Shown here one piece after another: positions 47,950-63,069 of a stretch of 64,000 nucleotides of DNA. How positions within the stretch are numbered: position 1 is the stretch's first letter; each line of letters starts with the position of its first letter. The stretch is from Eledone cirrhosa. Taxonomy: Eukaryota. The notes beneath the pieces are model-generated. The model was given only the letters and a program-made list of their open reading frames with translations. It searched no databases and had not been told where the DNA came from. A program made the translations under genes and the position numbers. Where the stretch lies: positions 346,642,001-346,706,000 of the forward strand of contig OZ024742.1 in the NCBI GenBank assembly GCA_964016885.1, read 5' to 3'.

Positions 47950-50900
47950 GATACTTTTATTATAAGCCCACATTAAGATACTTGTAATATAATCCCACAT
48001 TAAGATACTTGTAATATAATCCCACGTTACGATACGTGTAAAATAAGCCAACATTAAGATACTTGTAATATAAGCCTACATTAAGATACTCGTAATATAA
48101 GCCTACATTAAGATACTTGTAATATAAGCCAACATTAAGATACTTGTAATATAAGCCCACATTAAGATACTTGTAATATAAGCCAACATTAAGATACTTG
48201 TATTATAAGCCTACATTAAAATACTTGTAATATAAGCCGACATTAAGATACTTGTAATATAAGCCTTCATTAAGATACTTATAATATAAGCCAACATTAA
48301 GATATTTGTATTATAATCCTACATTAAGATACTTGTAATATAAGCCTACATTAAGATAATTGTATTATAAGCCTACATTAAGATACTTGTAATATAAGCC
48401 TAAATTAAGATACTTGTATTATAAGCGCACATTAAGATACTTGTAATATAAGCCAACATTAAGATACTTGTATTATAAGCCTACATTAAGATACTTGGAA
48501 TATAAGCCTACATTAAGATACTTGTATTATAAGCCAATATTAAGATACTTGTATTATAATCCCACATTAAGATACTTGTAATATAAGCTTACATTAAGAT
48601 ACTTGTATTATAAGCCGACATTAAGATACTTGTATTATAATCCCACATTAAGATACTTGTAATATAAGCCTACATTAAGATACTTGTATTATAAGTCCAC
48701 ATTAAGATACGTGTAATATAAGCCAACATTAAGATACTTGTAATATAAGCCTAAATTAAGATGCTCGTAATATAAGCCTCCATTAAGATACTTGTATTAT
48801 AAGCCTACATTAAGATACTTGTATTATAAGCCAACATTAAGATACTTGTAATATAAGCCTTCATTAAGATACTTGTAATATAAGTCTACATTAAGATACT
48901 TGTAATATAAGCCTACATAAAGATACTTGTATTATAAGCCTACATTAAGATACTTGTATTATAAGCCTACATTAAGATACTTGTAATATAAGCCAACATT
49001 AAGATACTTGTAATATAAGCCAACATTAAGATACTTGTATTATAAGCCTACATTAAGATACTTGTAATATAAGCCCACATTAAGATACTTGTAATATAAG
49101 CCTACATTAAGATACGTGTAATATAAGCCTACATTAAGATACTTGTAATATAAGCCTACATTAAGATACATGTAATATAAGCCTTCATTAAGATACTTGT
49201 AATATAAGCCTACTTTAAGATACTTGTATTATAAGCCTACATTAAGATACTTGTATTATAAGCCCACATTAAGACACTTGTAATATAAGCCTACATTAAG
49301 ATACTTGTATTATAAGTCTACATTAAGATACTTGTAATATAAGCCCGCATTAAGATACTTGTATTATAAGCCTAAATTAAGATACTTGTAATATAAGACT
49401 ACATTAAGATACTTGTATTATAACCCTACATTAAGATACTTGCATTATAAGTCCACATTAAGATACTTGTAATATAAGCCTACATTAAGATACTTGTATT
49501 ATAAGCCTACATTAAGATACTTGTATTATAAGCCCACATTAAGATACTTGTAATATAATCTCACATTAAGATACTTGTAATATAATCCCACATTAAGATA
49601 CTTGTTATATAATCCAACATTAAGATACTTGTAATATAAGCCTACATTAAGATACTTGTAATATAATCCCACATTAAGATACTTGTAATATAAGCCTAGG
49701 TTAAGATACGTGTAATATAAGCCAACATTAAGATACTTGTAATGTAAGCCTACATTAAGATACTCGTAATATAAGCCTACATTAAGATACTTGTAATATA
49801 AGCCAACATTAAGATACTTGTATTATAAGCCTACATTAAGATACTTGTAATATAAGCCGACAGTAAGATACTTGTAATATATGCAAAAATTAAGATACTT
49901 GTAATATAAGCCCACATTAAGATACTTGTAATATAAGCCTTCATTAAGATACCTGTATTATAAACCTACATTAAGATACTTGTAATATAAGCCTAAATTA
50001 AGATAGTTGTATTATAAGCATACATTAAGATACTTGTATTATAAGCCGACATTAAGATACTTGTAATATAAGCCAACATTAAGATACTTGTAATATAAGC
50101 CTACATTAAGATACTTGTAATATAAGCCTACATTAAGATACTTGTATTATAAGCCTACATTAAGATACTTGTATTATAATCCCACATTAAGATACTTGTA
50201 ATATAAGCCTACATTAAGATACTTGTATTATAAGCCCACATTCAGATACTTGTATTATAAGCCCACATTAAGATACTTGTAATATAAGCCAACATTAAGA
50301 TACTTGTAATATAAGTCTACATTAAGATACTCGTAATATAAGCCTACATTAAGATGCTTGTAATATAAGCCTACATTAAGATACTTGTAATATAATCCTA
50401 CATTAAGATACTTGTAATATAAGCCTACATTAAGATACTCGTAATATAAGCCTACATTAAGATACTTGTATTATAAGCCTACATTAAGATACTTGTAATA
50501 TAATCCCACATTAAGATACTTGTATTATAAGCCTTCATTAAGATACTTGTAATATAAGCCTACATTAAGATACTTGTATTATAAGCCTACATTGAGATAC
50601 TTGTATTATAAGCCCACATTAAGACACTTGTAATATAAGCCAACATTAAGATACTTGTAATATAAGCCTACATTAAGATACTTGTATTATAAGCCTACAT
50701 TAAGATACTTGTAATATAAGCCTACATTAAGATACTTGTATTATAAGCCCACATTAAAATACTTGTATTATAAGCCCACATTAAGATACTTGTAATATAA
50801 GCCTACATTAAGATACTTGTATTATAAGCCCACATTAAGATACGTGTAATATAAGCCAACATTAAGATACTTGTAATATAAGCCTAAATTAAGATACTCG

Positions 50901-53376
50901 TAATATAAGCCTCCATTAAGATACTTTTATTATAAGCCTACATTAAGATACTTGTATTATAAGCCCACATTAAGATACTTGTAATATAAGCCTTCATTAA
51001 GATACTTGTAATATAAGTCTACATTAAGATACTTGTAATATAAGCCTACATTAAGATACTTGTATTATAAGCCTACATTAAGATACTTGTAATATAAGCC
51101 GACATTAAGACACTTGTAATATAAGCCTAAATTAAGATAGTTGTATTATAAGCATACATTAAGATACTTGTATTATAAGCCGACATTAAGATACTTGTAT
51201 TATAAGCCTACATTAAGATACTTGTAATATAAGCCTAAATTAAGATAGTTGTATTATAAGCATACATTAAGATACTTGTATTATAAGCCGACATTAAGAT
51301 ACTTGTAATATAAGCCAACATTAAGATACTTGTATTATAAGCCTACATTAAGATACTTGTAATATAAGCCTCCATTAAGATACTTGTATTATAAGCCTAC
51401 ATTAAGATACTTGTATTATAAGCCCACATTAAGATACTTGTAATATAAGCCAACATTAAGATACTTGTATTATAAGCCTACATTAAGATACTTGTAATAT
51501 AAGCCTCCATTAAGATACTTGTATTATAAGCCTACATTAAGATACTTGTATTATAAGCCCACATTAAGATACTTGTAATATAAGCCTTCATTAAGATACT
51601 TGTAATATAAGTCTACATTAAGATACTTGTAATATAAGCCTACATTAAGATACTTGTATTATAAGCCTACATTAAGATACTTGTATTATAAGCCCACATT
51701 AAGATACTTGTAATATAAGCCTACATTTAGATACTTGTAATATAAGCCAACATTAAGATACTTGTAATATAAGCCAACATTAAGATACTTGTATTATAAG
51801 CCTACATTAAGATACTTGTAATATAAGCCTACATTAAGATACTTGTAATATAAGCCTACATTAAGATACGTGTAATATAAGCCTACATTAAGATACTTGT
51901 AATATAAGCCTTAATTAAGATACATGTATTATAAGCCTTCATTAAGAAACTTGTAATATAAGCCTACATTAAGATACTTGTATTATAAGCCTACATTAAG
52001 ATACTTGTATTATAAGCCCACATTAAGACACTTGTAATATAAGCCTACATTAAGATACTTGTATTATAAGTCTACATTATTATACTTGTAATATAAGCCC
52101 ACATTAAGTTACTTGTATTATAAGCCTACATTAAGATACTTGTAATATAAGCCTACATTAAGATACTTGTATCATAAGCCTACATTAAGATACTTGCATT
52201 ATAAGTCCACATTAAGATACTTGTAATATAAGCCTACATTAAGATACTTGTATTATAAGCCTACATTAAGATACTTATATTATAAGCCAACATTAAGATA
52301 CTTGTAATATAATCCCACATTAAGATACTTGTAATATAATCCCACATTAAGATACTTGTTATATAATCCCACATTAAGATACTTGTAATATAAGCCTACA
52401 TTAAGATACTTGTAATATAATCCAACATTAAGATACTTGTAATATAAGCCTAGGTTAATATACGTGTAATATAAGCCAACATTAAGATACTTGTATTATA
52501 AGCCTACATTAAGATACTTGTAATATAAGCCTACATTAAGATACTTGTAATATAAGCCTACATTAAGATACGTGTAATATAAGCCTACATTAAGATACTT
52601 GTAATATAAGCCTTCATTAAGATACATGTATTATAAGCCTTCATTAAGAAACTTGTAATATAAGCCTACATTAAGATACTTGTATTATAAGCCTACATTA
52701 AGATACTTGTATTATAAGCCCACATTAAGATACGTGTAATATAAGCCAACATTAAGATACTTGTAATATAAGCCTAACTTAAGATACTCGTAATATAAGC
52801 CTCCATTAAGATACTTGTATTATAAGCCAACATTAAGATACTTGTATTATAAGCCCACATTAAGATACTTGTAATATAAGCCTTCATTAAGATACTTGTA
52901 ATATAAGTCTACATTAAGATACTTGTAATATAAGCCTCCATTAAGATACTTGTATTATAAGCCTGCATTAAGATACTTGTATTATAAGCCTACATTAAGA
53001 TACTTGTAATATAAGCCTACATTAAGATACGTGTAAAATAAGCCAACATTAAGATACTTGTAATATAAGCTTACATTAAGATACTCGTAATATAAGCCTA
53101 CATTAAGATACTTGTAATATAAGCCAACATTAAGATATTTGTATTATAAGCCTACATTAAGATACTTGTAATATAAGCCTACATTAAGATAATTGTATTA
53201 TAAGCCTACATTAAGATACTTGTAATATAAACCTAAATTAAGATACTTGTATTATAAGCCCACATTAAGATACTTGTAATATAAGCCAACATTAAGATAC
53301 TTGTATTATAAGCCTACATTAAGATACTTGGAATATAAGCCTTCATTAAGATACTTGTATTATAAGCCAACATTAA

Positions 53377-56300
53377 GATACTTGTATTATAATCCCACAT
53401 TAAGATACTTGTAATATAATCCTACATTAAGATACTTGTATTATAAGCCCACATTAAGATACTTGTAATATAAGCCTACATTAAGATACTTGTATTATAA
53501 GCCCACATTAAGATACTTGTAATATAAGCCTACATTAAAATACTTGTATTATAAGCCCACATTAAGATACTTGTAATATAAGCCTACATTAAGATACTTG
53601 TATTATAAGCCCACATTAAGATACGTGTAATATAAGCCAACATTAAGATACTTGTAATATAAGCCTAAATTAAGATACTCGTAATATAAGCCTCCATTAA
53701 GATACTTTTATTATAAGCCTACATTAAGATACTTGTATTATAAGCCCACATTAAGATACTTGTAATATAAGCCTTCATTAAGATACTTGTAATATAAGTC
53801 TACATTAAGATACTTGTAATATAAGCCTACATTAAGATACTTGTATTATAAGCCTACATTAAGATACTTGTAATATAAGCCGACATTAAGACACTTGTAA
53901 TATAAGCGAAAATTAAGATACTTGTAATATAAGCCCACATTAAGATACTTGTAATATAAGCCTTCATTAAGATACTTGTATTATAAGCCTACATTAAGAT
54001 ACTTGTAATATAAGCCTACATTAAGATACTTGTATTATAAGCCTACATTAAGATACTTGTAATATAAGCCTTCATTAAGATACTTGTATTATAAGCATAC
54101 ATTAAGATACTTGTATTATAAGCCGACATTAAGATACTTGTAATATAAGCCAACATTAAGATACTTGTATTATAAGCCTACATTAAGATACTTGTAATAT
54201 AAGCCTCCATTAAGATACTTGTATTATAAGCCTACATTAAGATACTTGTATTATAAGCCCACATTAAGATACTTGTAATATAAGCCAACATTAAGATACT
54301 TGTATTATAAGCCTACATTAAGATACTTGTAATATAAGCCTCCATTAAGATACTTGTATTATAAGCCTACATTAAGATACTTGTATTATAAGACCACATT
54401 AAGATACTTGTAATATAAGCCTTCATTAAGATACTTGTAATATAAGTCTACATTAAGATACTTGTATTATAAGCCCACATTAAGATACTTGTAATATAAT
54501 CCCACATTAAGATACTTGTAATATAATCCCACGTTAAGATACGTGTAAAATAAGCCAACATTAAGATACTTGTAATATAAGCCTACATTAAGATACTCGT
54601 AATATAAGCCTACATTAAGATACTTGTAATATAAGCCAACATTAAGATACTTGTAATATAAGCCTACATTAAGATACTTGTAATATAAGCCAACATTAAG
54701 ATACTTGTATTATAAGCCTACATTAAAATACTTGTAATATAAGCCGACATTAAGATACTTGTAATATAAGCCTTCATTAAGATACTTATAATATAAGCCA
54801 ACATTAAGATATTTGTATTATAAGCCTACATTAAGATACTTGTAATATAAGCCTACATTAAGATAATTGTATTATAAGCCTACATTAAGATACTTGTAAT
54901 ATAAGCCTAAATTAAGATACTTGTATTATAAACCCACATTAAGATACTTGTAATATAAGCCAACATTAAGATACTTGTATTATAAGCCTACATTAAGATA
55001 CTTGGAATATAAGCCTACATTAAGATACTTGTATTATAAGCCAATATTAAGATACTTGTATTATAATCCCACATTAAGATACTTGTAATATAAGCTTACA
55101 TTAAGATACTTGTATTATAAGCCGACATTAAGATACTTGTATTATAATCCCACATTAAGATACTTGTAATATAAGCCTACATTAAGATACTTGTATTATA
55201 AACCCACATTAAGATACTTGTAATATAAGCCAACATTAAGATACTTGTATTATAAGCCTACATTAAGATACTTGGAATATAAGCCTACATTAAGATACTT
55301 GTATTATAAGCCAATATTAAGATACTTGTATTATAATCCCACATTAAGATACTTGTAATATAAGCTTACATTAAGATACTTGTATTATAAGCCGACATTA
55401 AGATACTTGTATTATAATCCCACATTAAGATACTTGTAATATAAGCCTACATTAAGATACTTGTATTATAAGCCCACATTAAGATACTTGTATTATAATC
55501 CCACATTAAGATACTTGTAATATAATCCTACATTAAGATACTTGTATTATAAGCCCACATTAAGATACTTGTAATATAAGCCTACATTAAGATACTTGTA
55601 TTATAAGCCCACATTAAGATACTTGTAATATAAGCCTACATTAAAATACTTGTATTATAAGCCCACATTAAGATACTTGTAATATAAGCCTACATTAAGA
55701 TACTTGTATTATAAGCCCACATTAAGATACGTGTAATATAAGCCAACATTAAGATACTTGTAATATAAGCCTAAATTAAGATACTCGTAATATAAGCCTC
55801 CATTAAGATACTTTTATTATAAGCCTACATTAAGATACTTGTATTATAAGCCCACATTAAGATACTTGTAATATAAGCCTTCATTAAGATACTTGTAATA
55901 TAAGTCTACATTAACATACTTGTAATATAAGCCTACATTAAGATACTTGTATTATAAGCCTACATTAAGATACTTGTAATATAAGCCGACATTAAGACAC
56001 TTGTAATATAAGCGAAAATTAAGATACTTGTAATATAAGCCCACATTAAGATACTTGTAATATAAGCCTTCATTAAGATACTTGTATTATAAGCCTACAT
56101 TAAGATACTTGTAATATAAGCCTACATTAAGATACTTGTATTATAAGCCTACATTAAGATACTTGTAATATAAGCCTAAATTAAGATAGTTGTATTATAA
56201 GCATACATTAAGATACTTGTATTATAAGCCGACATTAAGATACTTGTAATATAAGCCAACATTAAGATACTTGTATTATAAGCCTACATTAAGATACTTG

Positions 56301-57318
56301 TAATATAAGCCTCCATTAAGATACTTGTATTCTAAGCCTACATTAAGATACTTGTATTATAAGCCCACATTAAGATACTTGTAATATAAGCCAACATTAA
56401 GATACTTGTATTATAAGCCTACATTAAGATACTTGTAATATAAGCCTCCATTAAGATACTTGTATTATAAGCCTACATTAAGATACTTGTATTATAAGCC
56501 CACATTAAGATACTTGTGATATAAGCCTTCATTAAGATACTTGTAATATAAGTCTACATTAAGATACTTGTATTATAAGCCCACATTAAGATACTTGTAA
56601 TATAATCCCACATTAAGATACTTGTAATATAATCCCACGTTAAGATACGTGTAAAATAAGCCAACATTAAGATACTTGTAATATAAGCCTACATTAAGAT
56701 ACTCGTAATATAAGCCTACATTAAGATACTTGTAATATAAGCCAACATTAAGATACTTGTAATATAAGCCTACATTAAGATACTTGTAATATAAGCCAAC
56801 ATTAAGATACTTGTATTATAAGCCTACATTAAAATACTTGTAATATAAGCCGACATTAAGAAACTTGTAATATAAGCCTTCATTAAGATACTTATAATAT
56901 AAGCCAACATTAAGATATTTGTATTATAAGCCTACATTAAGATACTTGTAATATAAGCCTACATTAAGATAATTGTATTATAAGCCTACATTAAGATACT
57001 TGTAATATAAGCCTAAATTAAGATACTTGTATTATAAACCCACATTAAGATACTTGTAATATAAGCCAACATTAAGATACTTGTATTATAAGCCTACATT
57101 AAGATACTTGGAATATAAGCCTACATTAAGATACTTGTATTATAAGCCAATATTAAGATACTTGTATTATAATCCCACATTAAGATACTTGTAATATAAG
57201 CTTACATTAAGATACTTGTATTATAAGCCGACATTAAGATACTTGTATTATAATCCCACATTAAGATACTTGTAATATAAGCCTACATTAAGATACTTGT
57301 ATTATAAGCCCACATTAA
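53377..57318. repeat. More diverged tandem duplication, offset 2106 bp (78 monomers)
   Basis: AATCCT monomer 53404/55510; CCCACGTT 54528/56634; several private differences (AGACCAC 54391, TTAACATAC about 55911, TCTAAG 56331, AAGAAAC about 56858). Confidence 0.75.
54916..55455. repeat. Local 270-bp (10-monomer) tandem duplication
   Basis: AAACCCAC 54930/55200, TTGGAAT 55002/55272; CCAATA and GCTTAC monomers repeat at the same offset. Confidence 0.9.
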
Positions 57319-57507
57319 GATACGTGTAATATAAGCCAACATTAGGATACTTGTAATATAAGCCTAAATTAAGATGCTCGTAATATAAGCCTCCATTAAG
57401 ATACTTGTATTATAAGCCTACATTAAAATACTTGTATTATAAGCCAACATTAAGATACTTGTAATATAAGCCTTCATTAAGATACTTGTAATATAAGTCT
57501 ACATTAA

Positions 57508-60500
57508 GATACTTGTAATATAAGCCTACATTAAGATACTTGTATTATAAGCCTACATTAAGATACTTGTATTATAAGCCCACATTAAGACACTTGTAAT
57601 ATAAGCCTACATTAAGATACTGGTATTATAAGTCTACATTATGATACTTGTAATATAAGCCCACATTAAGATACTTGTATTATAAGCCTACGTTAAGATA
57701 CTTGTAATATAAGCCTACATTAAGATACTTGTATCATAAGCCTACATTAAGATACTTGCATTATAAGTCCACATTAAGATACTTGTAATATAAGCCTACA
57801 TTAAGATACTTGTATTATAAGCCTACATTAAGATACTTATATTATAAGCCAACATTAAGATACTTGTAATATAATCCCACATTAAGATACTTGTAATATA
57901 ATCCCACATTAAGATACTTGTTATATAATCCCACATTAAGATACTTGTAATATAATCCAACATTAAGATACTTGTAATATAAGCCTAGGTTAATATACGT
58001 GTAATATAAGCCAACATTAAGATACTTGTATTATAAGCCTACATTAAGATACTTGTAATATAAGCCTACATTAAGATACTTGTAATATAAGCCTACATTA
58101 AGATACGTGTAATATAAGCCTACATTAAGATACTTGTAATATAAGCCTTCATTAAGATACATGTATTATAAGCCTTCATTAAGAAACTTGTAATATAAGC
58201 CTACATTAAGATACTTGTATTATAAGCCTACATTAAGACACTTGTATTATAAGCCCACATTAAGATACGTGTAATATAAGCCAACATTAAGATACTTGTA
58301 ATATAAGCCTAAATTAAGATACTCGTAATATAAGCCTCCATTAAGATACTTGTATTATAAGCCAACATTAAGATACTTGTATTATAAGCCCACATTAAGA
58401 TACTTGTAATATAAGCCTTCATTAAGGTACTTGTAATATAAGTCTACATTAAGATACTTGTAATATAAGCCTCCATTAAGATACTTGTATTATAAGCCTG
58501 CATTAAGATACTTGTATTATAAGCCTACATTAAGATACTTGTAATATAAGCCTACATTAAGATACTTGTAATATAAGCCAACATTAAGATACTTGTAATA
58601 TAAGCCAACATTAAGATACTTGTATTATAAGCCTACATTAAGATACTTGTAATATAAGCCGACATTAAGATACTTGTAATATATGCGAAAATTAAGATAC
58701 TTGTAATATAAGCCAACATTAAGATACTTGTAATATAAGCCTTCATTAAGATACCTGTATTATAAGCCTGCATTAAGATACTTGTAATATAACCCTACAT
58801 TAAGATACATGTATTATAAGCCTACATTAAGATACTTGTAATATAAGCCTAAATTAAGATAGTTGTATTATAAGCATACATTAAGATACTTGTATTATAA
58901 GCCTACATTAAGATACTTGTAATATAAGCCAACATTAAGATACTTGTATTATAAGCCTACATTAAGATACTTGTAATATAAGCCTGCATTAAGATACTTG
59001 TATTATAAGCCTACATTAAGATACTTGTATTATAATCCCACATTAAGATACTTGTAATATAAGCCTACATTAAGATACTTGTATTATAAGCACACATTCA
59101 GACACTTGTATTATAAGCCTACATTAAGATACTTGTAATATAAGCCAACATTAAGATACTTGTAATATAAGTCTACATTAAGATACTCGTAATATAAGCC
59201 TACATTAAGATGTTTGTAATATAAGCCTACATTAAGATACTTGTAATATAATCCTACATTAAGATACTTGTAATATAAGCCTACATTAAGATACTCGTAA
59301 TATAAGCCTACATTAAGATACTTGTATTATAAGCCTACATTAAGATACTTGTAATATAATCCCACATTAAGATACTTGTATTATAAGCCTTCATTAAGAT
59401 ACTTGTAATATAAGCCTACATTAAGATACTTGTATTATAAGCCTACATTGAGATACTTGTATTATAAGCCCACATTAAGACACTTGTAATATAAGCCAAC
59501 ATTAAGATACTTGTAATATAAGCCTCCATTAAGATACTTGTATTATAAGCCTACATTAAGATACTTGTAATATAAGCCTACATTAAGATACTTGTATTAT
59601 AAGCCTTCATTAAGATACTTGTAATATAAGCCTACATTAAGATACTTGTATTATAAGCCTTCATTGAGATACTTGTATTATAAGCCAACATTAAGACACT
59701 TGTAATATAAGCCTACATTAAGATACTTGTATTATAAGTCAACATTAAGAGACTTGTAATATAAGCCGACATTAAGATACTTGTATTATAAGCCTACATT
59801 AAGATACTTGTAATATAAGCCTACATTAAGATACTTGTATTATAAGCCTACATTAAGATACTTGCATTATAAGCCCACATTAAGATACTTGTAATATAAG
59901 CCTACATTAAGATACTTGTATTATAATCCTACATTAAGATACTTGTATTATAAGCCCACATTAAGATACTTGTAATATAATCCCACATTAAGATACTTGT
60001 AATATAATCCCACGTTAAGATACGTGTAAAATAAGCCAACATTAAGATACTTGTAATATAAGCCTACATTAAGATACTCGTAATATAAGCCTACATTAAG
60101 ATACTTGTAATATAAGCCAACATTAAGATACTTGTAATATAAGCCCACATTAAGATACTTGTAATATAAGCCAACATTAAGATACTTGTATTATAAGCCT
60201 ACATTAAAATACTTGTAATATAAGCCGACATTAAGATACTTGTAATATAAGCCTTCATTAAGATACTTATAATATAAGCCAACATTAAGATACTTGTAAT
60301 ATAAGCCTACATTAAGATACTTGTATTATAAGCCTACATTAAGATACTTGTATTATAAGCCCACATTAAGACACTTGTAATATAAGCCTACATTAAGATA
60401 CTGGTATTATAAGTCTACATTATGATACTTGTAATATAAGCCCACATTAAGATACTTGTATTATAAGCCTACGTTAAGATACTTGTAATATAAGCCTACA

Positions 60501-63069
60501 TTAAGATACTTGTATCATAAGCCTACATTAAGATACTTGCATTATAAGTCCACATTAAGATACTTGTAATATAAGCCTACATTAAGATACTTGTATTATA
60601 AGCCTACATTAAGATACTTATATTATAAGCCAACATTAAGATACTTGTAATATAATCCCACATTAAGATACTTGTAATATAATCCCACATTAAGATACTT
60701 GTTATATAATCCCACATTAAGATACTTGTAATATAATCCAACATTAAGATACTTGTAATATAAGCCTAGGTTAATATACGTGTAATATAAGCCAACATTA
60801 AGATACTTGTATTATAAGCCTACATTAAGATACTTGTAATATAAGCCTACATTAAGATACTTGTAATATAAGCCTACATTAAGATACGTGTAATATAAGC
60901 CTACATTAAGATACTTGTAATATAAGCCTTCATTAAGATACATGTATTATAAGCCTTCATTAAGAAACTTGTAATATAAGCCTACATTAAGATACTTGTA
61001 TTATAAGCCTACATTAAGACACTTGTATTATAAGCCCACATTAAGATACGTGTAATATAAGCCAACATTAAGATACTTGTAATATAAGCCTAAATTAAGA
61101 TACTCGTAATATAAGCCTCCATTAAGATACTTGTATTATAAGCCAACATTAAGATACTTGTATTATAAGCCCACATTAAGATACTTGTAATATAAGCCTT
61201 CATTAAGGTACTTGTAATATAAGTCTACATTAAGATACTTGTAATATAAGCCTCCATTAAGATACTTGTATTATAAGCCTGCATTAAGATACTTGTATTA
61301 TAAGCCTACATTAAGATACTTGTAATATAAGCCTACATTAAGATACTTGTAATATAAGCCAACATTAAGATACTTGTAATATAAGCCAACATTAAGATAC
61401 TTGTATTATAAGCCTACATTAAGATACTTGTAATATAAGCCGACATTAAGATACTTGTAATATATGCGAAAATTAAGATACTTGTAATATAAGCCAACAT
61501 TAAGATACTTGTAATATAAGCCTTCATTAAGATACCTGTATTATAAGCCTGCATTAAGATACTTGTAATATAACCCTACATTAAGATACATGTATTATAA
61601 GCCTACATTAAGATACTTGTAATATAAGCCTAAATTAAGATAGTTGTATTATAAGCATACATTAAGATACTTGTATTATAAGCCTACATTAAGATACTTG
61701 TAATATAAGCCAACATTAAGATACTTGTATTATAAGCCTACATTAAGATACTTGTAATATAAGCCTGCATTAAGATACTTGTATTATAAGCCTACATTAA
61801 GATACTTGTATTATAATCCCACATTAAGATACTTGTAATATAAGCCTACATTAAGATACTTGTATTATAAGCACACATTCAGACACTTGTATTATAAGCC
61901 TACATTAAGATACTTGTAATATAAGCCAACATTAAGATACTTGTAATATAAGTCTACATTAAGATACTCGTAATATAAGCCTACATTAAGATGTTTGTAA
62001 TATAAGCCTACATTAAGATACTTGTAATATAATCCTACATTAAGATACTTGTAATATAAGCCTACATTAAGATACTCGTAATATAAGCCTACATTAAGAT
62101 ACTTGTATTATAAGCCTACATTAAGATACTTGTAATATAATCCCACATTAAGATACTTGTATTATAAGCCTTCATTAAGATACTTGTAATATAAGCCTAC
62201 ATTAAGATACTTGTATTATAAGCCTACATTGAGATACTTGTATTATAAGCCCACATTAAGACACTTGTAATATAAGCCAACATTAAGATACTTGTAATAT
62301 AAGCCTCCATTAAGATACTTGTATTATAAGCCTACATTAAGATACTTGTAATATAAGCCTACATTAAGATACTTGTATTATAAGCCTTCATTAAGATACT
62401 TGTAATATAAGCCTACATTAAGATACTTGTATTATAAGCCTTCATTGAGATACTTGTATTATAAGCCAACATTAAGACACTTGTAATATAAGCCTACATT
62501 AAGATACTTGTATTATAAGTCAACATTAAGAGACTTGTAATATAAGCCGACATTAAGATACTTGTATTATAAGCCTACATTAAGATACTTGTAATATAAG
62601 CCTACATTAAGATACTTGTATTATAAGCCTACATTAAGATACTTGCATTATAAGCCCACATTAAGATACTTGTAATATAAGCCTACATTAAGATACTTGT
62701 ATTATAATCCTACATTAAGATACTTGTATTATAAGCCCACATTAAGATACTTGTAATATAATCCCACATTAAGATACTTGTAATATAATCCCACGTTAAG
62801 ATACGTGTAAAATAAGCCAACATTAAGATACTTGTAATATAAGCCTACATTAAGATACTCGTAATATAAGCCTACATTAAGATACTTGTAATATAAGCCA
62901 ACATTAAGATACTTGTAATATAAGCCCACATTAAGATACTTGTAATATAAGCCAACATTAAGATACTTGTATTATAAGCCTACATTAAAATACTTGTAAT
63001 ATAAGCCGACATTAAGATACTTGTAATATAAGCCTTCATTAAGATACTTATAATATAAGCCAACATTAA
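57508..63069. repeat. Apparently perfect tandem duplication, unit 2781 bp (103 monomers): 57508-60288 and 60289-63069
   Basis: Rare variants recur at +2781: CTGGTA 57620/60401, TTCAGACAC 59097/61878, GATGTTTG 59209/61990, AAGTCAAC, AAGGTACTT, repeat-ORF 59948/62729. Confidence 0.92.

Larger units (their letters stand above)
36771..52226. repeat. Near-identical tandem block duplication, unit 7728 bp (286 monomers + 6 bp), junction near 44500
   Basis: GAGACTTG 36841/44569; ACTTGTGATA 37951/45679; insertion 40216/47944; TAATGTAAG 42012/49740; GTATCATAAG 44441/52169; hybrid monomer at 44488. Confidence 0.9.

Noticed and set aside
2765-62929. Thirteen 66-75 aa minus-strand ORFs (MGLYYKYLNVGL...)
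   Set aside because: They are runs of 7-8 consecutive monomers with A at position 11 (TAT instead of TAA), begun at a GTG from the repeat. They recur only because the block is duplicated and have no unique sequence or gene context.
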